A stretch of DNA of 64,000 nt from the human T2T-CHM13v2.0 reference genome, Homo sapiens. Location of the stretch: NCBI RefSeq assembly GCF_009914755.1, contig NC_060925.1; one strand, 5' to 3'. The position numbers were made by a program, and so were the translations under genes. Within the stretch, counting starts at the first letter, position 1. Each line of letters begins with the position of its first letter. The notes under the pieces were generated by a model. The model saw nothing but the letters and a program-made list of their open reading frames with translations. It had not been told where the DNA came from and did no database searches. Positions 1 to 12,748 of this stretch are shown piece by piece.

Positions 1-64
1 CTCGAGGCCGCGTCCAACCTCCCCCGCGGCGCCGGCCCACATGGTTCCGCCCGCCGCGGGCCGC

Positions 65-78
65 GTTACCTAGGAGAC
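65..78. promoter_or_regulatory. RFX X-box motif GTTACCTAGGAGAC
   Basis: Close match to the palindromic RFX consensus GTTGCCATGGCAAC; NPHP4 is a ciliary transition-zone gene. Confidence 0.65.
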
Positions 79-260
79 CGACCCGCCGCGGCCGCGCCGG
101 AGGCCACGGAGCCCACGCTTTTCAGAGAGTCTCCACTCGACGGACCCAGAGGCCCGGCGGCCGGTGCTCAACGGAGCCACAAGCCTGAGGACCGAGGACT
201 GGCCGAGGGGCGCGCCCCGTCCGCTGCCACCCGCGGGAGGAGCCTCGGAAGGCGGCGCAC
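70..260 (-). other. NPHP4: NPHP4 non-coding exon 1 (5' boundary approximate)
   Basis: Minus-strand donor CCTAG|GTAACG (exon ends at 70, GT at 69-68) inside a CpG island. NPHP4 is known to lie head-to-head with KCNAB2, whose exons are identified by peptide sequence below. No NPHP4 coding sequence is in the window. Confidence 0.75.
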
Positions 261-499
261 CGCGCCGCACACTCAGTCCAAGAACCCGCCTCGCGTCACT
301 GTCGCCGTCAGGGCCGCGGAGCCAATCAGAGCCCAAGTCGAGGGCTGCGCTTTGCGAGCGCCAGCCAATCGGTGCGGCGGCGGGCCCATCCTGATTTGCA
401 TGTCCGACGACCCCTCAACCAATGGTAATGTGACTGGCGTGAACAATAGCCAATCAGAAGCTGGAAGAGGCGTGGCCCCGGGCGTCCCACGAGGTGAAG

Positions 500-614
500 A
501 TGCTGCTGGCGGAACCTGCAGGAGCTAGCGGGATTCGGGGGCGCTAAAGTCGCAGGGGCAGGGCGGGAAGGAAGATCCGGCGCGGGGCACAGGATCCGGA
601 GCTGGAGCCCCCAG
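500..614 (+). other. KCNAB2: KCNAB2 distal non-coding first exon (TSS approximate)
   Basis: Consensus donor CAG|GTGAGT at 614/615, just downstream of the CCAAT cluster. Confidence 0.75.
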
Positions 615-3600
615 GTGAGTACCGGGGAGACCCCGGCGGGGCGCGCTTTCCACCAAGCTGCTCCGGGACGGCGGCGGCGGGTATCCGCGAGGCCCGCGCT
701 GCGGCAGGCGCCGCGGTCCCGTCTCCATCTCTTCTTCCCCGGCCCTGCGTCCCTGCCTCCGCCGCTGTCTCACCTCCTCTCCAGCCTCCTCACCTCCTTC
801 TCCATCGTCTCCCTTCCCCCATCCCTTTCTGTCTTTCCTTCCCTGTCCTCCCGCCCGCCCGACCCTTCAGCTCGCATCCCTGACCCCTGCCCCTGCCGCC
901 GTCCCTCTTCCCGGTGCACCTCTTCCCCATCTCTGCCCGCTCCGGTCCTAGCAGCCTCGCCCTCCCCTTTCCTCCATCCTCCTCTCATCCCCTCTCCCGG
1001 CCTCTGCGCAGCCCCACCGGGGCGCTGCTGTTCCCGGTCCTCCCCATCTCTCCTCCTGATCGCTTCTCAAGGCTCATCCGTCGTTCTCGCTGCCTGTCCC
1101 TGTGTCGCTCCGGTCCCTTTCCCCACCCTCCCATTCTGCCCCCAGCCCCTCCGACCTCTCCCCGCGGGCACGCTCTCACCACCTTACCCTGCTCCCCAAG
1201 ACTGTGACCCTGCTTCCTGCACCAGTTCCTCGGGCTGTTTACAGCACACACACCGCCACTTCTGACCCTGAGCCCCTACTCCTATCTTAAGCTTCTCCCT
1301 CCTGCCAGGCCTTGGCACAAAGCACTTCCGCACCTCCCTACCTGCTGCTGCTCCCAGGATGCAAAGACCCCACTGCTGCACCGCGTCCTGCGGCATTAGC
1401 AGCAGCCGGGGTACCTGCCCACCTTCCCACCCCGCCAACCAGCCGCATCCTGGTGTCCCTCCTCCTGGCATTTGTCCTGGGGGCTCTTACAGGGACTGTG
1501 CTTTGCCCGCAGCATCCCGGGGTGCTCCAGGTGGAAAGCCCCTTAGCACCTTTCCTCCCTGGCCACCGTCTCCTTCCCTCCCCACCCCCACTTTCCTGCT
1601 CAGCCTCACTTTGTGATTCAGCATTTTTGGGGTTGGTAACTTTCTTGCTTCCTGTCGTGATAGGGACCTGGCTACGGAGCTGAAGGCAGGGGTCTTGACC
1701 CTGCGGTTAGCAGGGCCACCTTAGGAACCAGACCTGAGCTGCCTGGTTGGGAGGGGGCTGAGGAGCTGGGGACCGCCACTGGGGGTTGTCTTTTCCTCCC
1801 TTTCATTTGTCTGCCCTGTGTTGAACTGTGTCCAAGGGGAGATGACATAAGTAATAGCTCTTGGGGAAGTGGGCTATTAGCATTTATGGAAATTAATACA
1901 TCCACATCCGAGGAGCAAGAACACCAAGTTCAGGCCACAGCTGTCCCACTGTCTGTCGTTTCAGGATTTTTTCTTTCTCTGCAACTTCTCCTCCCCGACA
2001 AAAACCCCAGCCTCACCCCTCCCCTTTCCCCCAGTGCCAAGAGTAAGCTCCTGCTCTGCTAAGGAAGCCGCATTCAGGCCCCGCGTTGCAGGTTGCAGGG
2101 TTTGGGGACCTACGTGTGGAGAGTCACATCTGCCCACCTGATTCTCGCCTGGCGGCCGTGTCTGCTGCAGAGCCCTGTGCAGCTCCTGGCCCTGTGCTCT
2201 CGCAGTGTGGGGCCCTAAGAGTGCACTTGGTCCTCCAGGTCCTGTCATTGTCTCCACGGCCACACTCGGCCTCAGTGGCACTGACAGTGTTCGGGCCGCA
2301 GCACATCCCTCGAGAGCAGCATGGTAGGGGCTTCCCTGTTGACACCCAGGGCCATTTTTTTTTTCCCTGCGCCAGTCAGCAAATGCTTTGTAGGTGCTAG
2401 TCAACACCTGGGGGCTGAGCCAGGCACTGGAGTTGGGGGGTGTCGTGAAAAAGTGTGAAACCCTTTTCGTGTGTTTCTTGGTTGAGAACCGTCTTGGGTC
2501 TGGATTTGGAGCCTGGATGGGAAGCAGTGTGCACAGAAGCCATTGCACCCGGGAGGTGGGACGTGGGCCATGGCGCTAGAGAGCTGGAAAGGCCGAGGGT
2601 GCCATGGGCTGGCCAGCTAGAGAAGGCTTCCTCGCTTTCATTTTTCAGTCATCTTCTAAGACCCAAATGGTTCAGGAGGAAGCGAGTGCCACACAGTTTT
2701 GATTTGGCAGTTTCCGGCCTGGGCTTGGAGGGAGGGGCCTCCCCTAGACCTTCCTGTGTGTTGGTGCTCTGCCGTGGTAACTGGGAACACATCATCTGTG
2801 TGGAAGGAGAGCCTGCTCCCTCGCGAGAACCAGGGGACCGTGCTTCTGTTTCCAGGGACTCTGGCCAGGTGCGGTATGTGTCTGGTCCTCGGCTAAGTTC
2901 TCAGTGATATTCACGCCGCCAGAGGTCCCAGAGTGAATGTTTTCCTGGCGTCCCTGAATAAGGAGGCAGGACAGTGGGCAGCTCGGGGCGGCAATTCGAG
3001 AAGGATTGATGCCAGAGGTGTCTAGGGCCATAGACCCCATGTTCCCGCCAGTCCCCCTCCCACCACCAGGAGGACTTGGGTCTTGGCACCCAGCAGCCGG
3101 TCATCCTTGCTCTCAGAGGACTAAACGGAAGGACAGGCTTCTCCAGGGTCAACAGAGGCAGTGACGGAGCTGGGTTGGACCCCCTACTTCCTACTTATTT
3201 GAGCCCAGTTCATGCCTTGGCTGTCCGAGCTGGGGGAAGCCAGCACCCCGAGGACATGACCGGCTGTCCCTTCAGAAGGCCACTTGGAGGCATTGCTGAC
3301 ATTCATGGGCGCAGCCAGTGCCCTTGGGTGTGTCCAGGTCACTGGAGGGGCTTTTGGGACTGGGAGGTGCCACTACCATGGAGATTTCTCAGCGACTCAG
3401 TCCTGCCTGGCATGCAGGCCCTGGTGCAAGGGTACTGTTGTTCGTGGCCTTCAAAGAGATGGCCCCATAGTTAGAGAAGAGTGAGGGCACCAGGTCCGTG
3501 GTGGGATGAAGGAAAGGAGGGACCCTCCCCACACTGGAACTACACTCATGACCTCAGTTCGCCTCCGGCACTTGTAAACAACCCTGTGAGGGAGGCTGGA

Positions 3601-6600
3601 TAGGGAAACTGAGGCACAGAGCAGCAGTGAAACTGATCCTGGCCTCCCAGCTAGTGAGGAAACCTTGATTCTGTTCCTGCCCTGCCAGAACTCTGTGAGA
3701 GGTGCCCCCTCCGCCATCACCTGAGCTCCATCGAATGCCTGAAATCCTCACCTCTGCAGGAGTGAGTCTCCCAAGAGGCCCTGGAGGCCCAGGCCCAGAC
3801 CCTGGGGGATATGGAAGCACTCCTTTGTCGTGGCGTGGGAAGCCCCACACTGCTCTTTCCTTGGTGACGGGTGACCCGCCATGTTCAGGCCCCTCCTGGT
3901 CTATCTTCGGGTGAGTCTATTAAGGGATACACCATCTCCGCTCAGCCAGTCCCGAGGAGGCAAAGGGAACAGGACCCTCTTCCCCAGGAGAGAGCACACT
4001 GGGGGAGATGGGGTGGCACACCTGGGCTTCGTCCTGTCACTGCCCACTGGCTCGAGGCTTTCCTGCCTGCCTGGGCTTGGCAGATGCGTGAGACTCCCTG
4101 TCTCATGGGCCTGAGCAGATGCTGGGCCCTCTTGTCCTCTGCCACATCCTGGGGAACTCAGATGAAGGCCAGCCTCCCTCTTCCTGCACACCCACCATGG
4201 GATGAGCCCTGGGCTCAGGCCCCTCCCTGCCTGAGGGTGCCCTGCCACTGCCACACCCAGGTTTCCACTCAGACCCCTGCTGGCCAGCGTCTCAGGAGGC
4301 TACTCCCTGCTCTGCGCAGTGACCACATGGTTAGCCCCAGAGACCCAGGTTCTGCGTGTCTTCAGTGACAGAGCAACCCCATGCCCACCCTGCCGGCTTC
4401 CCCGGCACCTGTCTCCTTGCAGGCAGCCTCCTCCACTTCTCCAGCACACAGGTACCCACAGAGCTAACTGCTTTGACGCCATGCTGGTTGTAGACAAAAC
4501 AGGATTGGGAAAAGGGGAAAAGTGGAGAAATGGTGGGGACCACCTTCCTGGCCGTCCGCCTTTACCTGGACCCAGTGAGAAGGCTTTCCTGGCTGTGATC
4601 TTGAGCCCTGACTGCCGAGCAGCCGAGATCTATCATCCAACTCCATGGCTGGGAGCTGGGCACAGGTTTCTTCTCAGACCCCGCACCAGATTCAACCCAT
4701 TCCACGTGGGCCAGTTTTCTGGAGCAACTTCCTGGGTCCTGTAGACCCCTGAGGTCTGGTCCGCAGGGGTCCTGAGTCACCAGCCTGGGCTGTTTCCCTG
4801 CCAGAGACTTAGCTCTCTGAGTCTCTGGCTCTCTGGCCTGCTAAGCCACACGGATCATTCGTGTCTCCCTCTATCTGAATGGGTGAACTGGTGCCTCAAT
4901 GGTAGGAGCCTGGGGCTTCCCTGGCACACAGTGGGTGCTGGATAACTGTCAGTTCCCCCTCTTCCAGTCGGACGAGGCGCCCCAGCCACCATCCTGCCTG
5001 GAGCTCAGGTGGTTCCTGGGCAGCCCAACGGAGCCCCCAGGAAAACCGGAGCAGAGGAACCTGGCTTTCCTTCTGCGTGGTTTCCTGGGACCTCTTGGCA
5101 GTCTCTCAGCTGGAGAGCCCTGCTGAGTGATTTCACAGTGGAGAAGGATGGAGGGAAGGAAGGGGAAGAGAGGGCAGGAGGGGAGAGCCCGTTGCCCTGG
5201 TCTGCAGGGAATAGCCTCCCTCTGAGGGAGGGACACTCCTTGCCCTATTCTCCCTGACCTTGGGCCTCGTGGAGGGCCTGCAAGCCTGCCAGACCCCCAC
5301 TGCACACCTGCCCACCTGTCTGTCTGATTCCAGCAGCCCCTGGGCACCGAGTGGGTTGCAGAGCCATGCTCTGAGCATGCTCCCCCTCCTTCACCATGAA
5401 TGTGTTTTCATTTTCCACCCCCGGGCAGCTTCATGATCTTTCATTGCAATCTCAGGCCCTGGTATCCACAGGCTCTCAATGCAGCCTAGGACAGAAGACT
5501 CTAGAATTCTGCCTCGGAGCCCTGTGATCCCAAACACTCAGCCGTGGCAGGGGCTCTCTGAAAGTGATATTCTTGCCACCCCTCCCAGATGCAGGAGGGT
5601 AAGGAATAACTAGAATGCATGGGCAAGGAGATTCAGCTCGATCTATTCATTATAAAACAAATTTAAATTTAAAACATTGCTTAAAACCTATACATGCCAG
5701 TGAAGGGCGAAGGTCTTAGCAGCAGACATTTGAAGGACCAAGAATGAGCAAGACCCACCTCCCTCCTCTAGGGCTGAGACCCAGGAAAGGGATGCAGTGA
5801 CCACATGCCTGGAATGGTCAGAGAAAACCCTGCTGATAGGGAAGGAGAGACGGGGGCAGTGGGGACATTTGACCTGGACCTTGAAAGACAGGCAGGTTGT
5901 GATAGGCAGAGCTAGGAAAGGATGGTCTGGAAAAGGGCTCTGCATGGGCAAGGTCACAGAGGGAGGACCAGGCAGGCTGGATGATGGCCAGAGGCCCAGT
6001 GCGGTCACAGGCTAGGGCATGAATATGGGTGAATAGGATAACTAGGGGAGGGCATCAGGGCCAAGGCCACCATGGGCTGGACAGTGATGGGGAGGGAGGG
6101 AAGAGGAGAGCCCTGGAGCCCCCCAAGCTTTTCTGGCTGGGTCCACCTGGGCTGCACAGACTGAAAGAGGCAGAGCCAGAATCGGGGCCTCTGGATGGGG
6201 AGGACTGGGCTCGGTTGACCTTGGGTTTCGAGGTCTGTGTCTTGGACAGCAGTGCCCACTGACATTGAGAAGGTAGGGCTGGGGTTCACAGGAGAGGTGG
6301 GACCTGGAGGTGACTGCCACCTACCTACTGGTCACAGCCCTGACAGTGTCACCTGGGGGTAGTGCCAAGGGTCGCCAAGGGTACGGGTTTGAGAGGGAAG
6401 ATGAAGGTCAAGACAGACAGTAGGGAACCCTGGATTCTTCCAGAGCCCGGGGAGGAGAGGAAAATAGAGGATGAGGCAGGTATCTGCTGCATCCGGTGGG
6501 CCAGCTGCTGCCAAGGAGGCAGCCTCTGTTGAGAGGGGAAGCAGAGCTGGGCTCCCAGGAGCAGCGAGGGGGCGCAGGACCCCAGATTCAGCACCACCAG

Positions 6601-7589
6601 CTTCCAAGCACTCGCCAACCAACTTATACCCATCTGACTGAGGCAGAAACACTGAAAGTCAAAGTGGCTTCCCTAAGGCCTCCAAGCTACTAGGCGCAGG
6701 AGCCAGGACCCCAAGCCAGAGTCCCACCCTGGTGACCTTTGGACTTTGCCGCCAATGGCTCTGGAGAGATTTGACCGTGAAAGGAGGAAAAGGAAGGTGA
6801 GGGCACAGGGTGGCTCCGGGGCTGGCGGGCGTAGACGAAGCCGCTTTGCTGCTTAACCGCAACTGCCAGCAGCACCCTCTTTCGTCCGCCCCTTTAGAAA
6901 CGATTTCAACGGCGCATTCTTCCATTTCCTGCCTTAATGGGGGGCATTTCTGGGGACACCCGTGAACTGCGGGCTGGGGCTTAGCCTTGTTGGTTGCCCT
7001 GCATAGGTTGGCTGCGTAGTGCTTTACGTTCTGTGTAAGAATTGTGGAGTCTTGGGGCCTGGGTGGGCCGAGGGTCCTGAGATATCGATGTGCCCAGCAG
7101 GCTTGTAGGGTGTGGCACCTGCCCAGCCCTCAGGGGTCCTGGTGCAGCTTAGCAAGCTCCTTGGCCACCAGTCCCTGGTGACTCAGATCAGGGGTTCCAA
7201 GAACATGCTTTGAGAAACACTCCCTAGCCCTAGCCGTTTCAGTCTGTCAGTGAACCTGCCCACCTCTACTTCTTAAGGAAGCACACGAGGAAGCTGTTTG
7301 TGATGGTTGAAAGCTCCGGCGAGAAGGGCTTTGCGGGGGTTTCTGTAATTCTTGGGAACATGTGAAGCCCACATTCTACTGGAATGACCTGCTGCACTTT
7401 TGTGAGCTTCAAATCTGAGATGTGCTTTCATCCTCCCGTGTGTGGCAGGGCGCCTTGTTAGTGTCCAGGCCTCTTGGAATGTGGTTTGGTTCAGGGGTAC
7501 TGATGGCCCGAGTGCTTGCCCACGGCAGAGGAGGCCAGGGGTCAGTACAGGAGCCAGTCCTCGCCACCCTGTTCCTGACCATACAGAGT

Positions 7590-7960
7590 CTGTCACCTGC
7601 CTGTGCCCTGATTGTACCCCATCTGCACCGTGTCTGCACCCTGCCTGCGCCCTGTCTGTACCCCATGTGCGCCCCATCCGTACCCTGCCTGCGCCATCTG
7701 CGCCCTCTCCGCACCCTGTCTGTGTCGTCTGTGCCCTGTCTGTGCCCCGTCCGCATCCCGCCTGCGCCCTGTCTGTGCCCCGTCCGCACCCTGCCTGCAC
7801 CCCATCCATATCCTGCTCTGCTGTCTGCACCCTCTCTGCACCCTGTCTGCGCCGTCCGTGCCCCGTCTGCACCTTGTCTGTGCCCCGTCCACACCCTGCC
7901 TGCACTCTGTCTGTGCCCCATCTGGGCCCTCTGCACGCCCTACCTGTGCCCTGTCTGTCT
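7590..7960. repeat. Degenerate 11-bp tandem repeat (e.g. TGCCCTGTCTG / CACCCTGCCTG) with ~33-bp higher-order period
   Basis: Visible periodicity; it also explains the overlapping low-complexity ORFs in several frames. Confidence 0.8.
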
Positions 7961-9122
7961 AGATAGATCCTGCAGCGCCTCCCGCCTCTGCTCAGCCAGC
8001 CCCTCGCACCCCCTAGAGGGTATTGCCTTTCCATGGAAATGAGTAGCAGGTATTTTTAGTCACCCAGACCAGGAGGTATTCAGGTGTCACAGACACAAGG
8101 CCCGGAGCCATGTTGTCCCTTTGCTCCTACAAAGGAAACAGGATGCCCAAAACAGGACTTGTAAATCCCAACTCAAAACCTCCCCGTTCCGCAGGGACAC
8201 AGGGTGCTTTGCTCCTTGAAGGAGTAGTGGATGCCTCCTTATTTACATCCTTCGTGCTTACAAGGCAGTGGGGGTGTCCAGGGGACATCAGCCACCCTGT
8301 GCTGGGGCACTTCAGAGGCTCCGGGGAGCTGCCATGCTCTCTCTCCATCCCAAAAGATGGGTCTGGGGAGGCCACTGGGGCAGGCGAGCCCGCTCCTGTG
8401 AGGAGTGAACCCCACCCCCCGCCGCTCTGCTGGTGTGAGTGACAGTTATCAACAGACCCTGAATGGGGGCTTCCCAGAAAAGAAAAAAAAAAAAAAAGAA
8501 AACAGTGATATCCCTGGGAGAAAGGGGCCTGTTTACATGAAGCCTATAGGCCGTTGGAATCTGAAGTAGCACCTGGGGGTCCTGGTGACGCCAGCACAGA
8601 CAGCCCTCTCCAGGGCAGTGCTACAGTGAGACCAGGGTCTGGGGAATGTCACTTGCTCCTCATTAACTCATGAATCGGGAGCCAGGATAAGGTCGCTGCC
8701 CTCAGGGCCAACATCAGAGCGGGAGGAGGTGTATGGTCCAGGGCACCAAGGCGTCACTCAGGCCACCACCAAAGCATCACACCAAAGCATTGACAGCGTC
8801 CATCTCACATCGTCAGGAAAGGGGGAAGCACTGGATGGCTGTGGCCTCACAGGCAGGGAGAGTGGGGTCCAAAGGCGCAGAGACAGCATGGGGTGTCAGG
8901 GCACTGCAGGGAGAGGGACAAGGGCAGGTAAGGAGGGACCTTGGAGGCCGGAACATCTTTCACGGAGGCCTCCTGCTTCCTCTGTGCTGCTGAGCTGGGC
9001 CATTCATCTGGCCTGGGTGGAGGGAAGCTGAACAGGGTCCCTCTGCGACCTGGAGGCCCCAGGCCCTACCCTGAGCCCTTGGTGCTCTTGGAGCCCTGAG
9101 CTGCTCCAGCTGCATGTGATCA

Positions 9123-9123
<1 letters not shown>

Positions 9124-9157
<34 letters not shown>

Positions 9158-9180
9158 CCCAACACACACACAGACACACA
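9124..9180. repeat. (CA)n microsatellite, interrupted
   Basis: Direct sequence. Confidence 0.95.
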
Positions 9181-12050
9181 GAGCCTGTGCCACCAGCCCT
9201 CATTCTCTGCCTCACCCAGGGCCGGAAGGTTCTGGCTAAGCCTCCGGGGGTGCCACTGGGAGGGATGCCTAGGAGAGGGTCTCCCCAACCCTCTAGCAAC
9301 CTGATAATCATGATCACCGGTTGTTGGAGTGGCCTGGCCACCTGCTGGGCTGTATGGGTGCTGAGGGCCTGGCTGAGCCCCGTGATACACCCATGGGGGT
9401 GGGTCTCTGAGGAGCAGTCTGTGTGAGCAGCAGGAGAGGTGGCACCTCAGGTCAGGGGACGCTTCCCCCCAGGCTCTGGAGGGGACAGGATAACACCTGT
9501 CCCCAGGCTTGGCGGAATTCCTGGTCTCTAACGCAGCCCGGAACACACAGAGAAATGATCCAGTGTGGGGCAGTGTTGCTCACATGGTGGTAGGACTGGG
9601 TCCTAGGCTCCTGGAGCCAGCGGCCTCAGAAAGCCCCTCTAGGTTCTCTGAGTCTTTGACACTGTGCAGCCCAGACTCCTCATTTTATAGACAGGGAAAC
9701 TGAGGCCAGATGACTCATCCTTGACAGAGCCGGGATCATGGTGCAGCTCTCTGACTGAGCCCCCTCGATGTCCTGTAGTCTCTCCAAGCATGCCCTGCAG
9801 TGGTCATGACTGCTGACATCTGTCCCTGCCTAGACTGTGGGCCTCGTGAGGACAGAACATGCCTGCTGTCCCCATCACCTCTGTCCCCCAGCTCAGCCTG
9901 ACTGGTAATGCCCCGGCCATGTCATGAGGCCTTGGAACCAAGCCTAAGCTTCCTACAGGCCAGCAAACATCGTCCCCAGCACTGGCTCCCTGATTTCATC
10001 TCCCCTGGCCGTGGCAGGCAGAGAGAAGCCTTCAGAACCAGGGAGGACCAGAGGGCTCCTGGCCCAACGGAGGCCAACTGTGACACCAAGGGATCCTCCC
10101 CAAGGGGTCTTCCCCGCCAGATACAATCCTGCTCTGAGCACCCTGAACAACAGGCAGTGCCCAAGGGAGGCCAGAGACAGCCGTGGCCTCTGGGGCCTGG
10201 CACTCAGCCAGAGCTGGCAGGAGGCGGGGATGCACCTCCTGCAGCTGAGGTTGAGACAAAGCCAGGTGCCTGCCACGGCAGCTGTGGCCTGAGCTGGCAT
10301 CGGTGGCTGATGGCCACAGACTCCCTGATGCCTGTCATCTGTACTGAGGGCTCTGTCCCAGCCCCTGAACCGTACGTGATGCCCACACCACCGATGAGGA
10401 CACAGCTTGTGTTTTTACAAACGAGGCACTTAATTATGTGGAGGTAAATCCTTTGAACTGCAGAAACCATCCCAGCACGTCCCCATCAGGTGTTCCCAGG
10501 TGGCAGGCAGAGAAGGCCAAGGTCCCTTGAGTGGATTTCCAGGGGAGCTGAAGGGCTACAGCCCTGCCAGGACTGGGAGGTACTGGGAGGGGCTGGACAG
10601 CTGAGAGCGGCTGCCCCCCTGCAGGAAGAGGAGGCAGGCGCTTCACCCGACTCTGGACGACGCTGACAGCAGTGTCAAGGACTCTGCCGTCACTGTTGTC
10701 CTTTGAGTTGGCAGCTGCCCTGTGTTGCAGATTTGCTCTGGCTCTGGCCCCCTGCTTCGTCCCCTCCACACATTTGTTCTTAGTCCTCAGCTCCTCCCGT
10801 CTCTGTGTCCCGGGTGAGAACAGGTCCTAGACCTTGTCTCAGGTCACACAGCTACCAGAGGACAGAGCTAGAACATGACCGCAGCAGACGCCTGATCCTG
10901 CGCCCCAGGCGACCCGTTCACGGGGCGGGCGCTCGCCCTTGGCCTCGCTCCTGAGCCACAGTCACCAGGGTGCCAGGTAAAGGGAAACCACATGGGGGCG
11001 AGGCCAGCGCACAGCCCCAGCAGCCTGGCCCCTGCTGGCTGCAGGGGCTCCAGAGCCTGTGCTACAAGCCCGGGTGGCCGGAGCCTCCTGCGGGATTCCC
11101 CATCCCACCCCTGGAACTTGCTTTCCCTGCTTCCCACACACAGATCCTCCCCACCAGAGCAGGGTCATGGGGTCAGAGGCAGGGTCCGTGTGGTGTGGAG
11201 CAGGGGTTCCTCCCCACTCGCTCGCTCGGCTGCCTTCAGCCCCTGCAGACACGCAGGCACCGTCCACCTTCTCCACTCTTAGCGCGAGCCCTGCCCCAGC
11301 CAGGAGCACTCACTGAGTGGCCACATTATACCCTCCCGTTTGTCTATAGTTCACTTAAACATTATTTCCTGGGAGATCCGGCAGCTCTTCACTCTTCCGA
11401 ATCAGGCTGTGGGAAACGTTTGTGTGCATCTCGCTTTATTTCCTCTCTTGAACTATTAGGATAAAGTCACAGAGGTAGGATTCCTGGACCCCAAGCTCTG
11501 GACCTCTACTACCCAATTTCAAAAAGGTCGTAGTATATAGCTCATGTCCCAGAACCAGCCACGTCTCCTCGTCGTCGTTTCACCGCAACCTCGCCAGCAA
11601 TGAGTATTTTCATTTAAAAATGTTTTTGTCTGCTGGCTATGTGATTGCAGAGGCATGGCTGGCCCCAGCTTGCAGCGGTCGCTTCTGCATCTCTTTTTAT
11701 TCAGCGGGGCCTTTAATGGATGTGGTGGAGTAAAGCTGCCTTTCAAATTGCTGCCGCAGCGCTGCCTGGCAAGATGTTAATCGTTCATGCCCTGTCACGT
11801 GGTCATGGGACGGTAATCCTCTTTGAAGCCATTTGTTATTTATTCTTACAGTCCCCCGGAGAGCAGGGAGGAGCCCCCAGTGCCTGGATCACAAACGCAA
11901 ATACAGAGAGGGCTGCAGACATTTCAGCCTCGAGGTTGGAGCAGAAGCAGGGCTGGGGCCCACCAGGGTCCAGACCCCTAGTAAAGAGGTCACTTCCCAC
12001 AAAAGAAGGTTGTTTGTCTGCTTCTCATAGAACCTGCTCTGGTTAGAGGG

Positions 12051-12185
12051 TTTTTTTTTTTTTTTAAGAGACACGATCTTGCTGTGTTACCGAGTCTGGT
12101 CTGAAACTCCTGGGCTCAAGTGATCCTCCCGCCTTGGCCTCCCAAGTAGCTGGGACTGCAGATGGGCATTGCTGCACCCAGCTTG
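12051..12185 (-). mobile_element. Alu monomer (FLAM-like/partial)
   Basis: Poly-T followed by Alu reverse-complement sequence (CTCCTGGGCTCAAGTGATCCTCCCGCC). Confidence 0.85.
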
Positions 12186-12209
12186 GTTAGAGGGTTTTTA
12201 AGCCTAGGG

Positions 12210-12636
12210 GGTGCATTTGTTTCCTAGTACCACAAGCAGGGTGGCTTGAAACAGCATTATTTATTCTCTCATGGATCAGGAAGCCAGAAGGCAAGGTGTG
12301 GGCAGGGTTGGTTCCCTCTGGAGACCGAGGTAGCATGTGTTCCAGGCCTCGCTCCTGGTTCCTGGTGGCTGCCCGTAGTGTTCCTTGGCTTGTAGAAACA
12401 CCCCCCCGAGATTCTGCCCCCATCGCCACATGGCCTTTTCTGTGTCTGTCTCCTCTTTTTATATGGACACTTGTCATTGGATTTAGGGCCCATCCTAATC
12501 CAGGATGGCCTCATCGCAGGATTTCCACCTTAATTACATCTGCAAAAACCCTTTTGCCAAATAATTCCACATCGACAGGTAACTGGGATTATGACTTGGG
12601 TGGATCTTTCAGGGAACACAGTCCACCCCACACAAT
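12210..12636 (-). mobile_element. MLT1-type (ERVL-MaLR) solo LTR
   Basis: MaLR hallmarks such as GGATTTAGGGCCCA...CCTTAATTACATCTGCAAA; subfamily uncertain. Confidence 0.75.
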
Positions 12637-12748
12637 AGGTTTCTACCCCCGAGTCCCACCTCCAGCCCCGTCTCCCTCCAGAGTCTGGCTGCTTCTTCCT
12701 CATCAGACAGTTCCTTCCCTCTGTAGGGATTGCATACAAGTGTTGCTG

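Larger units (their letters stand above)
1..1100. promoter_or_regulatory. CpG island / bidirectional NPHP4-KCNAB2 promoter
   Basis: Very high CpG density in 1-770. CCAAT boxes at 322, 365, 419 and 450; octamer ATTTGCAT 394-401; no TATA box; divergent splice donors at 69 (-) and 615 (+). Confidence 0.9.

Noticed and set aside
615-1265. 216-aa Pro/Ser-rich ORF
   Set aside because: Begins at the intron GT(G) and reflects pyrimidine-rich intron sequence.
6587-6595. TTCAGCACC RE1 half-site
   Set aside because: No right half-site nearby.
7273-8042. Overlapping repetitive ORFs on both strands
   Set aside because: Produced by the 11-bp repeat.
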